Origin: a virus
Taxonomy: Duplodnaviria; Caudoviricetes
DNA: 28,263 nt
Reading direction: 5' to 3' (one strand)
IMG/VR virus record: IMGVR_UViG_3300016478_000206
Location: 1-28,263 of that record
Each line of letters starts with the position of its first letter. Position 1 is the first letter of the stretch. Below the pieces are notes generated by a model. The model was not told the origin of the DNA. It did no database searches and saw only the letters and a list, made by a program, of their open reading frames with translations. Shown in pieces: positions 1 to 7,185 of this stretch. Made by a program: the position numbers and the translations under genes.

Positions 1-89
1 AGGGTGCAAACGACGACATAAAAGGGTGCAACGGGTTGCACCCGCATATAACCATCAATGAACCATCAATAACCACCAATGAATCATCA
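1..89. repeat. Iteron-like repeats, probable replication origin inside the initiator gene
   Basis: AGGGTGCAA at 1-9 and 23-31, inverted copy TTGCACCC at 36-43; imperfect 21-bp tandem ATAACCAYCAATGAAYCATCA at 48-68 and 69-89. Confidence 0.55.
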
Positions 90-500
90 GTGCGTGCGTG
101 CGACCACGCATCGCCCCCAAAAGTTGTCAAGCCTGTTCAGCCTGACGAAAAGCCCAAACCAGACAAAAAACCAAAGCCCCCAGCGGCTGCACAGCCTGCC
201 ATCGATGGCGTTCCCGATGCGCTGCTGGCCGATTGGCTGGCGGTGCGCAAAGCAAAGCGCGCTGGGCCGCTGACAGCAACAGCCATTGCTGGCTTGCAGC
301 GTGAGGCGGCAGCCGCTGGGATGACACCGGCGCAGGCGGTTGCGCACTGCTGTGAGTGCGGTTGGGCGGGGTTTCGGGCCGATTGGGTGGCAAACCAACG
401 GCTGGTGAATGCCGCACCGCAAGGGCGCGGACAAGCTGGGCGCAAGCAAGCGCAAAGCTTTGCCGAAAAAGACTACGGAACAGGGATTCAGGTGCTGTGA
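1..500 (+). CDS. Phage replication initiator (lambda O-like), 5'-truncated by the window edge
   Basis: The frame is open from position 3 (GANDDIKGCNGLHPHITINEPS...). Pro/Lys linker, then C-terminal WLAVRKAKRAGPLT...CCECGWAGF motif; stop overlaps the start of the DnaC-like gene. Confidence 0.75.
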   Translation, partial: GANDDIKGCNGLHPHITINEPSITTNESSVRACDHASPPKVVKPVQPDEKPKPDKKPKPPAAAQPAIDGVPDALLADWLAVRKAKRAGPLTATAIAGLQREAAAAGMTPAQAVAHCCECGWAGFRADWVANQRLVNAAPQGRGQAGRKQAQSFAEKDYGTGIQVL

Positions 501-1315
501 TGAAAGCAAATAACGCTACAGATTTTGTAACCCCGTTTGAGGTTATGCGGACGCAGATTCATCGCCCACCGCTGGAGGAAGCGCACCAGTGCGAGCAGCA
601 CGGAGAGTTTGTGGCCAAGTGCCATATCGGCAAGATGTGGTCAAAGTGCCCAGTCTGCGCAGAAGAAGTCCAGCGCCAGGAGCAAGAGCGCAAGGAGCAA
701 GAGCGCGCACAGGCACGGGCGCGGCAGTGGCAAGAGCGCCTAGGGCATTCAGGCATCCCGCTGCGCTTTCACGACCGCACCCTGAGTGGCTACGAGGCGA
801 AATCGGCTGACCAGCAGGCGGCGCTGGATTTCGCCAAGGAGTACGCGCTGGGCTTTGAGCAGGTGCAGAAGACGGGGCGCGGGGCCATTTTTGTGGGCCG
901 CCCTGGGACGGGCAAGACGCATTTGGCCGTGGGCATTGGCCTGTACGCAATGCGCAAATTCCATGCGCGGGTGCTTTTCATGACTGTGCAGCGGGCAATC
1001 CGTTCCGTCAAAGACACCTGGGCCAAGGGTGCGCAGCAGTCCGAGTCTGAGGCGATTGACGCCCTGGTGGAGCCAGACCTTTTGATTCTGGACGAGGTGG
1101 GGGTGCAGTTCGGTAGCGAGTTTGAGCGCAATACGCTTTTTGACGTGCTCAACGAACGCTATGAGCTGCGCAAGCCGACGATTTTTCTCTCGAACTTGGC
1201 CAGCGATGAATTGGCCGACTTCCTCGGTGAGCGGGTCATGGACAGGTTGCGCGAGGACGGCGGGCGCGTCATTCCGTTTGGCTGGGACAGCTACCGGAAG
1301 AAGGCGGTGGAATGA
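500..1315 (+). CDS. dnaC: DnaC/IstB-like AAA+ helicase loader
   Basis: Walker A GRPGTGKT, Walker B LLILDEVG, N-terminal CEQH/CPVC zinc motif, DRLRE motif; ATG at 500 overlaps the upstream TGA. Confidence 0.9.
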   Translation: MKANNATDFVTPFEVMRTQIHRPPLEEAHQCEQHGEFVAKCHIGKMWSKCPVCAEEVQRQEQERKEQERAQARARQWQERLGHSGIPLRFHDRTLSGYEAKSADQQAALDFAKEYALGFEQVQKTGRGAIFVGRPGTGKTHLAVGIGLYAMRKFHARVLFMTVQRAIRSVKDTWAKGAQQSESEAIDALVEPDLLILDEVGVQFGSEFERNTLFDVLNERYELRKPTIFLSNLASDELADFLGERVMDRLREDGGRVIPFGWDSYRKKAVE

Positions 1316-1524
1316 CCATGGTCGCCTGCATTGCTTGCAAGCACTGGAGCCTGCGCGATGCCCCAGCAATGGCCCGCTATGGCTTCGGGGTGTGCCAGCA
1401 AAGCAAGACACCCCACACCACATTCAGCGGGGACTACCCCCGCATCTGTATCCGCTTTGCCCCACTGCCAAAGACAGAGGTGGAAAAGCGCGAGGACTGG
1501 ATTAAAAAAAGGAGCAACAAATGA
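1312..1524 (+). CDS. Small Cys-rich hypothetical phage protein
   Basis: ATGA-coupled to both neighbours; CxxC plus two further Cys. Confidence 0.7.
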   Translation: MTMVACIACKHWSLRDAPAMARYGFGVCQQSKTPHTTFSGDYPRICIRFAPLPKTEVEKREDWIKKRSNK

Positions 1525-1724
1525 GCGCAATCAATGCGGGTGACCGCTTTCGCCTGCCAAGCGGCAACGTAATCGAAGTGCTGTCTGGCCGCGTGGATAT
1601 GGGTGAATACCGCTGCCGCTACGTGGAAATCAGCCCCCGGCCTTTTTTGGGCGAAGGGGTGGAATTTGGGGATAGCTGCACGCTGTCGGCGGATTTTTTA
1701 CTGGACTTGGGAGAGCGTGTATGA
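1521..1724 (+). CDS. Hypothetical phage protein
   Basis: AAGGAG SD upstream; ATGA overlaps at both ends. Confidence 0.75.
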   Translation: MSAINAGDRFRLPSGNVIEVLSGRVDMGEYRCRYVEISPRPFLGEGVEFGDSCTLSADFLLDLGERV

Positions 1725-1990
1725 GCGATTTGGAAAAAACATTGGCCGAGCGTGGCGCGGTGTACGGCCGCTTCGTGGATCAGGCGGAAATCTCGCAAAG
1801 CCTCAAGCGCGTAATGCGGGCTGCGCCAGGCTGGCAAGAGTTGCCAAACGACATGCGCGAATCACTGGAAATGGTGGCGCACAAGGTAGCGCGGATTCTG
1901 AACGGCAATCCCAATTACGCGGACAGCTGGCACGACGTGGCGGGATTTACCACCCTGGTCGAGAAGCGGCTGAATGGGGAGGTGCTGTGA
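1721..1990 (+). CDS. DUF6378-like phage protein
   Basis: L.ERG..YG.F and HKVARILNGNPNYADSWHDVAGF motifs. Confidence 0.8.
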   Translation: MSDLEKTLAERGAVYGRFVDQAEISQSLKRVMRAAPGWQELPNDMRESLEMVAHKVARILNGNPNYADSWHDVAGFTTLVEKRLNGEVL

Positions 1991-2433
1991 CTGAGCGCCT
2001 AGAGCTGCGTTTGCATGAGCCGCAGCAGGCCCACAAGGCCATCATGCACGCCTGGAGGCACGCCAAAAACTGGCTGCTTGCCGGGCACCGGTTGGTGCTG
2101 ACCATCAAGCCTGAGAAGCGCAGCAGCCCGCAAAACCGCCTTCTGCACGCCACGATTGCCGATATTGCCAAGCAAATCGAGTGGGCCGGGGCCAAGCGTG
2201 ACGCGGAGACTTGGAAGCGTTTGCTGGTTGCTGCGTGGTGCCGGGTGCAGGGCGAGGCGGTGGAGATTTTGCCCGCCTTGGATGGGCATGGCGTGGACAT
2301 CGTGCCCCGGCGCACGTCAAAGCTGACCAAGGCCGAGTGTGCAGAGCTGACCGAGTTTGTCACAGCCTGGGCGGTGGAGCATGGGGTGGTGCTGACTGCG
2401 CCGGATTACATGTGCGAGGGCTGGGACCTATGA
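1987..2433 (+). CDS. ninB: NinB/YbcN family recombination accessory protein
   Basis: GTG start overlapping the upstream stop with GGAGG SD; RSSPQNRLLHA...DIAKQ, WKRLL and RTSKLTK motifs. Confidence 0.85.
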   Translation: MTERLELRLHEPQQAHKAIMHAWRHAKNWLLAGHRLVLTIKPEKRSSPQNRLLHATIADIAKQIEWAGAKRDAETWKRLLVAAWCRVQGEAVEILPALDGHGVDIVPRRTSKLTKAECAELTEFVTAWAVEHGVVLTAPDYMCEGWDL

Positions 2434-2999
2434 CATTCCGCCGCACACGATGCCCCCAGTGCAAAGGCAAGCTTGACCCCGGTCAGCGCATTCACCCCGA
2501 TTGCATTGCGCCGTGGGCTGATGCGCAGGAGGCCAAAGCCCAGCGCAAAGCGGATAAGCAGGCCCGCATGGCAGCCAAGGTGCAAAGGGCAGAGATTGCA
2601 CAGCGCAAGCAGGCCATCAAGACGCTGCCCCAGCTGCACCGTGAGGCCCAGGCCGCGTTTAACGCCTTCATTCGGGCGCGAGACAAAGGCAAGCCCTGTA
2701 TTTGCTGTGGCCTACCCCTGTCTGCCGGGGATGTAGGAGGCACATTTGATTGCGGCCATTACCGCAGCGTGGGCAGTGCCCCGCAGCTGAGATACCACGA
2801 GGACAACGCCCACGGACAGCGCAAGCAGTGCAACCGCTGGGGGGCAGGGCGGGCGGTGGATTACCGCTTGGGGCTGATTGCGCGGATTGGCTTGGAGCGC
2901 GTAGAGGCGCTGGAGGCCATCAACGCCCCACACAAGTGGACGCGCGAGGAGCTGATGGCGATTCGCGATGCGTACCGGGCGAAGCTAAAAAATTTCTGA
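2430..2999 (+). CDS. ninG: NinG/Rap junction endonuclease
   Basis: AQAAFNAFIRARD, PCICCG, DCGHYRSVG.AP.LRY.EDNAHGQ...CN and YRLGLIARIG motifs; ATGA-coupled to ninB. Confidence 0.9.
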   Translation: MTFRRTRCPQCKGKLDPGQRIHPDCIAPWADAQEAKAQRKADKQARMAAKVQRAEIAQRKQAIKTLPQLHREAQAAFNAFIRARDKGKPCICCGLPLSAGDVGGTFDCGHYRSVGSAPQLRYHEDNAHGQRKQCNRWGAGRAVDYRLGLIARIGLERVEALEAINAPHKWTREELMAIRDAYRAKLKNF

Positions 3000-3011
3000 T
3001 TGGGAGAGCCT

Positions 3012-3530
3012 ATGCAGCAAAGCAGCACTATGGAAAAAATGGAATCCACCAGCAAGCCAATCCCAAGCACAGAGCGCATCTTTCAGGCCGTGCGTGAGCT
3101 GCGTGCGATGGATCAAATCGCCACGCGCGAAACCGTAGCCGAGCTGACGGGCTTGAAACTCTCGGTAGTGGATGACCGCCTGCGCAATCTGGTGGACGAT
3201 GGCAAGCTAAAGCGCCTGCTGCGCGGCGTGTATGAGCTGGTGGAGAGCTTCCCCGAGCCCAGAGCCATCAGCAAGACCGTGCTGCCCAATGGCGCAGTTG
3301 TCTATGACATCGGGGATGATGTCTGGACACTGAGCCCGCAAGAGGCCCGCGTACTGGCCGAGCTATCCATGGGCGCGGCAGGCACTGCAGTCCTTATCAA
3401 TAGCACAAACCAGCACCTGTACCTTGCGACCGAGCTGGCCGCGAAGGTAGAGAAGCTGGAGCGTGAGATGAAAGCGTACAAGGCGCATAAGCCGAACCCG
3501 CTGCAGGGGGATTGGCTTGAGGGTGTTTAA
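3012..3530 (+). CDS. Winged-HTH DNA-binding protein, candidate late transcription activator
   Basis: TRETVAELTGLKLSVVDDRLRNLVDDGKLKRLLRGVY wHTH pattern; sits after ninG in the usual Q position. Start could alternatively be 3030 or 3039. Confidence 0.7.
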   Translation: MQQSSTMEKMESTSKPIPSTERIFQAVRELRAMDQIATRETVAELTGLKLSVVDDRLRNLVDDGKLKRLLRGVYELVESFPEPRAISKTVLPNGAVVYDIGDDVWTLSPQEARVLAELSMGAAGTAVLINSTNQHLYLATELAAKVEKLEREMKAYKAHKPNPLQGDWLEGV

Positions 3531-3907
3531 TTCTTAATTGGTGCGCTGGTCGAACCGCGAACACACGCTTCAGCCAGTGCCAAGGTTTTTTTAGCGCTAT
3601 CCACGGCCCGATAAACAGGCTGGTGCGCAATGCCTTCAGCCCGCGCAGCGCTGGCAACTGGCACACCGTCACACAGCACAGCCCGCAGGGCGCGGCCCCT
3701 GGGGGTGTCGATGCTCATACGCATGAGCGCGGCCAGGGAGCAAAACCGATCGAGGGTTAGCCGATCTGGCGCAGATGCATCTGGCGCGTCTATGCGCTCG
3801 ATCAGCCAGTCGGTGAGCTTGCGCCCTTGGCTACGGCTGGCGGAAACCCACGCGCCTTTTTTTGCGCGGGGCACTGTTATGACGACCTGGGCGTGATCCA
3901 TGCTCAA
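3527..3907 (-). CDS. RHH plus KorA/TrfB-like HTH regulator (Aca10-like/Aca4-like two-domain protein)
   Basis: N-terminal VVITVPRAKKGAWVSASRSQGRKLTDWLIE is ribbon-helix-helix-like; C-terminal F..LA.LMRM...ALRAVLCDG.PVASAARAEGI is TrfB-type HTH. Last gene of the leftward operon. Confidence 0.7.
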   Translation of the reverse strand: MSMDHAQVVITVPRAKKGAWVSASRSQGRKLTDWLIERIDAPDASAPDRLTLDRFCSLAALMRMSIDTPRGRALRAVLCDGVPVASAARAEGIAHQPVYRAVDSAKKTLALAEACVRGSTSAPIKN

Positions 3908-4200
3908 GCCCTCCCAGGCGCATAGCTATATGGCTGGCCTGCCGCATCCTCTGCCAGGACTTCTGCGAGCAGGTCTTCGGCTACCGGGTCAGCATCCCCA
4001 CCGGCAGCGCGGTGGGCGCTGTACCACGTGGTGATTAGTGCGGCCAATGCATCCTCGTGCTGGCTCATGAAAAAGCCAGCAGGCAGGCCGCTTTCGGCCT
4101 CGATGCGCTCGATTACGGTGGTGTCAAAAGACACAGAGCCATCAGCTTCTCGTGCCAGCTTTAAATCGGTAAAGCTGATGCCAGGAATTTTTATCTGCAT
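3904..4200 (-). CDS. Small acidic hypothetical protein (98 aa), candidate anti-defence protein
   Basis: AAGGA SD 8 nt before ATG 4200; ATGA-coupled to the regulator gene. Confidence 0.75.
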   Translation of the reverse strand: MQIKIPGISFTDLKLAREADGSVSFDTTVIERIEAESGLPAGFFMSQHEDALAALITTWYSAHRAAGGDADPVAEDLLAEVLAEDAAGQPYSYAPGRA

Positions 4201-4220
4201 TTCGTGCATCCTTGATTGCA

Positions 4221-4240
4221 AGCCCGCTTGGCGGCGGGCT
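4221..4240. other. Intergenic hairpin within the leftward operon
   Basis: AGCCCGC-ttggcg-GCGGGCT with no U-tract. Confidence 0.5.
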
Positions 4241-4251
4241 GGCTCTATCAA

Positions 4252-4569
4252 TCAAATCTCAACTTCTACAGTGGAGGCTATTTGGGACGGGTGTGCTACC
4301 GCGCCCATTTCTTCCAAGTACGAAATACGCCCCTGGATTTCGTAAAAAATGGAGCTGCTTTCTTCGGCAGTCTCAAGAGAGGCTTCCAAAATTCTCTTTG
4401 CGGCGAACAGCCAGGCCGCCCGCTCTTGGATAAAGAGCATTTGGCGAACCGCGTTTTGCAGTTCTTTGCGGGTGCTATCACCCGCATCTTTGCGGCGCTG
4501 GGTTGCTTCCAGCGCTGCAGCAATGATGATGGCTTCTGCCTGGCTGTTTGTGCGTACGGTGTAGTTCAT
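4252..4569 (-). CDS. Small hypothetical protein (105 aa), candidate anti-CRISPR/anti-defence protein
   Basis: AAGGA SD before ATG 4569; first full gene after a sigma70-type promoter; no recognised family. Confidence 0.7.
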   Translation of the reverse strand: MNYTVRTNSQAEAIIIAAALEATQRRKDAGDSTRKELQNAVRQMLFIQERAAWLFAAKRILEASLETAEESSSIFYEIQGRISYLEEMGAVAHPSQIASTVEVEI

Positions 4570-4641
4570 GATGCGTTTCCTTGTTTGCATTCCCGGTTCT
4601 GCCGGGCCAGGTGAACAACTTGTTTGCTGTTCATGGGCTCT

Positions 4642-4670
4642 ATTATGCACCCTTTGCGGGGTGCATTCAA
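4642..4670 (-). promoter_or_regulatory. Sigma70 promoter with palindromic operator
   Basis: Minus strand TTGAAT-17 bp-CATAAT with an AT-rich UP-like tract at 4673-4700; inverted repeat ATGCACCC-N6-GGGTGCAT at 4645-4666 fills the spacer. Confidence 0.8.
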
Positions 4671-4755
4671 GCATTTTTTTAAATTATTTTTAGGTAAAAA
4701 CCCTAGGGCAGCTATCAAATAGCTGCGAAGTGCAGTAATCCCACAACGCACCACC

Positions 4756-4777
4756 ACCGCCCTCGGGCGGTTTTTTT
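4756..4777 (+). terminator. Rho-independent terminator
   Basis: ACCGCC-ctcg-GGCGGT followed by a T tract. Confidence 0.85.
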
Positions 4778-4784
4778 GTGCCCA

Positions 4785-4822
4785 GCATAGGGTTAGGCCA
4801 ATACCCAATGCGCCGGAACACT
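4785..4822 (+). promoter_or_regulatory. Putative late promoter 1 (packaging operon)
   Basis: GCATAGGGTT-N22-AACACT; same motif and spacing at three other operon starts. Confidence 0.65.
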
Positions 4823-4829
4823 GGCGCAC

Positions 4830-5333
4830 ATGGATAAGACACCCAAAGATAAAGCCAAAGCTGCGCCCGACTGGGAGCGCATTGAGCTTGACTATCGCGC
4901 GGGCATCAAGACGCTGCGGCAGATAGCCGGTGAGAACGGCATCACTGAAGGTGCCATCCGCAAGCGTGCAAAGCGTGATGATTGGACACGCGATCTGTCT
5001 CATGGGAATGCCCGCCGACTAGAACCAGTGCGGCTGGTAGAAGTGGATGAAATGAGTAAAGCAGGGTTCGTCTATGTGATCTACATGGAGGACTCAGCCA
5101 AAGAGCGCTTCTACAAAATCGGCATGGCCTCGTCGTTTACTGCACGATTTAGCGCTCACCAGTGTGCATCACCATTTGACCTGTGCGTTGCGTGCGCCTA
5201 CTTCGTGGGGAATATGCGCGCCGAGGAAGCCTATTTGCACACAGAGTTTGCTGATAACCGCATACGAGGTGAATGGTTCCGGTTGTCGGACGAGGATTTG
5301 GAGCTAGTGGCAAAAAGGGCAAAACTGGTATGA
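4830..5333 (+). CDS. TerS-like HTH fused to a T5orf172/MUG113 (GIY-YIG superfamily) endonuclease domain
   Basis: N-terminal DWERIELDYRAG...KRAKRDDWTRDL parallels the terS N-terminus; C-terminal GFVYVI...YKIG...R...E..LH..F...RIRGEWF. Confidence 0.85.
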   Translation: MDKTPKDKAKAAPDWERIELDYRAGIKTLRQIAGENGITEGAIRKRAKRDDWTRDLSHGNARRLEPVRLVEVDEMSKAGFVYVIYMEDSAKERFYKIGMASSFTARFSAHQCASPFDLCVACAYFVGNMRAEEAYLHTEFADNRIRGEWFRLSDEDLELVAKRAKLV

Positions 5334-5905
5334 GCGCCATCAAAAAAAGTCCCATAGACTGGGAGGCAGTAGAGCTGCATTACCGGGCTGGCATTCGCTC
5401 ACTCAAAGACATCGGCGCCGAATTTGGTGTGTCTGATGCTGGAATCATCAAGCGCGCCAAGCGTGATGACTGGGAGCGTGACCTGCGGGCAAAGATACAA
5501 GCCAAGGCTGAAGCCAAGGTTAGTGCGTCACTGGTTAGTGCCGAAGTTAGTGCGCAAACCAAGGTTGCAGAACGTCAAATTGTCGATGCCAATGCACAGG
5601 CTGTGGCCGATGTTCGGCTGGGCCAGCGCGATGACATTGGGCGAGCCAAAGGCATTACCCGCAGCCTTCTGGACGAGCTTGAGGATAGTGCGCAGGCATA
5701 CGAGTTAGATGCCCGCGTAAAAATGTCAAAGACGCTGACAGAGACGCTGCGCATCGTCATTGACATGGAGCGCCAGGCTTTCGGCATGGATACCAAGGGC
5801 GCTGATGGCGCAGCACCAGGCGCAGCAGGCTACGTGCCGCCAGCTATCCGTGTGGTGCACGTGACTGCACCCGCGCGTCAGGAGGATGACGATGCAGGCG
5901 AGTGA
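5330..5905 (+). CDS. terS: Terminase small subunit
   Basis: N-terminal HTH DWEAVELHYRAG, C-terminal ERQAFG motif; directly upstream of and overlapping terL. Confidence 0.8.
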   Translation: MSAIKKSPIDWEAVELHYRAGIRSLKDIGAEFGVSDAGIIKRAKRDDWERDLRAKIQAKAEAKVSASLVSAEVSAQTKVAERQIVDANAQAVADVRLGQRDDIGRAKGITRSLLDELEDSAQAYELDARVKMSKTLTETLRIVIDMERQAFGMDTKGADGAAPGAAGYVPPAIRVVHVTAPARQEDDDAGE

Positions 5906-7172
5906 CGCACAAGATGCACCCGTGCTGCTGGTGCCCGAGAAGCTGGAGCCAATCTGGCAGCCGCGCCGCCACAAAGTGATGCACGGCGGCCGTGGTGGCG
6001 GTAAGTCTTGGACTGTGGCAGGTGTGCTACTGGCGATGGCTGCAGAAAAGCCACTGCGCGTGCTGTGCGCCCGCGAAATCCAGAAGTCGATCAAGCAATC
6101 CGTTCACCAGCTGCTGACCGACCAAATTGCCCGCTTGGCCCTGGGCGCCTTCTTTGAAGTGCTGGAGACTGAAATCCGGGGCATCAACGGCAGCCTATTT
6201 CTTTTTTCTGGCCTGCAGACGCACACGGTTGACTCGATCAAGTCCTTCGAGGGCTGCGACATTGTCTGGGTCGAGGAAGCCCACGGCGTGAGCAAAAAGA
6301 GCTGGGACGTGCTGATCCCCACGATTCGCAAGGAGGGATCGGAGATTTGGCTGACGCTCAATCCCGACATGGAATCCGACGAGACGTACCAGCGCTTTAT
6401 CGCATCCCCATCGCCCGACACATGGGTCGTGGAAATCAACTGGCGCGACAACCCCTGGTTCCCCGAGGTGCTGAACCGGGAGCGGCTGAAGGCCAAGCGC
6501 ACCATGCTGCCCGATGACTACGCCCATATTTGGGAAGGCCGGGCACGGCGCGTGGCCGAGGGTGCGATATATCGGCACGAGATGGAGGCGCTATATCTTG
6601 AGAATCGCGCGCGCGATGTGCCCTATGACCCGACCTTGCCGGTGCATACCGTGTGGGACTTGGGCTGGAACGATGCAATGACCATCGGCATGGTGCAGCG
6701 CGGCCCGCAAGACGTGCGAATCATCGACTACATCGAGGACAGCCATAGAACGCTGGATTGGTATGTGGCCCAGCTGGAGAAGCGCCCATACCGCTGGGGC
6801 ACAGACTTTCTGCCGCACGACGGCAAGACCAAGAATTTTCAGACCGGCAAGAGCACCCAGCAGCAGCTGCAAGCCATGGGTCGCCGCGACGTGCAGGTGC
6901 TGTCAGCAATGAATGTCGAGGAAGGCATCAAGCTGGCCCGTATGCTTTTCCCACGCTGCTTTTTTGACGAGAGCAAGACCGCAAGGCTGCTGGAGTGCCT
7001 GCGCCGCTATCGCCGTGCAATGCACACAAAGACCGACGAGCCCATGGCACCGTTGCACGATGAATTTAGCCATGGCGCGGACATGTACCGCTACATCGGC
7101 CAGGCCGTGGACTTGATGCGGAACAGCACGCACCACGAATACACCGAGGCCCCGGCCCCCGTTTGCTATTGA
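5892..7172 (+). CDS. terL: Terminase large subunit (PBSX/Terminase_3 type)
   Basis: Walker A GGRGGGKS, CAREIQKSI, Walker B WVEEA, TLNP, nuclease WDLG and SHGAD motifs. Start at 5892 fits the GGAGG SD; 5886 is possible. Confidence 0.95.
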   Translation: MQASDAQDAPVLLVPEKLEPIWQPRRHKVMHGGRGGGKSWTVAGVLLAMAAEKPLRVLCAREIQKSIKQSVHQLLTDQIARLALGAFFEVLETEIRGINGSLFLFSGLQTHTVDSIKSFEGCDIVWVEEAHGVSKKSWDVLIPTIRKEGSEIWLTLNPDMESDETYQRFIASPSPDTWVVEINWRDNPWFPEVLNRERLKAKRTMLPDDYAHIWEGRARRVAEGAIYRHEMEALYLENRARDVPYDPTLPVHTVWDLGWNDAMTIGMVQRGPQDVRIIDYIEDSHRTLDWYVAQLEKRPYRWGTDFLPHDGKTKNFQTGKSTQQQLQAMGRRDVQVLSAMNVEEGIKLARMLFPRCFFDESKTARLLECLRRYRRAMHTKTDEPMAPLHDEFSHGADMYRYIGQAVDLMRNSTHHEYTEAPAPVCY

Positions 7173-7185
7173 GGACAATCACACC

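Noticed and set aside
356-499. Upstream extensions of ORF-track calls (356, 1603, 2211, 5273, 9843)
   Set aside because: They overlap other genes or leaders; downstream starts with SD sites or stop-start coupling fit better.
4201-4251. Hairpin as a possible solitary CRISPR repeat (Racr)
   Set aside because: It lacks the 5' GTT/GTC and 3' GAAA(C)/AACCG ends of type I repeats; more likely a processing or stabilising hairpin.
4697-4723. Reverse-strand TAGGGTT (4705-4699) and the GCTAT-caa-ATAGC palindrome
   Set aside because: It lacks the GYA prefix and the hexamer at 22 nt, so it is not counted as a fifth late promoter; a regulatory role cannot be excluded.
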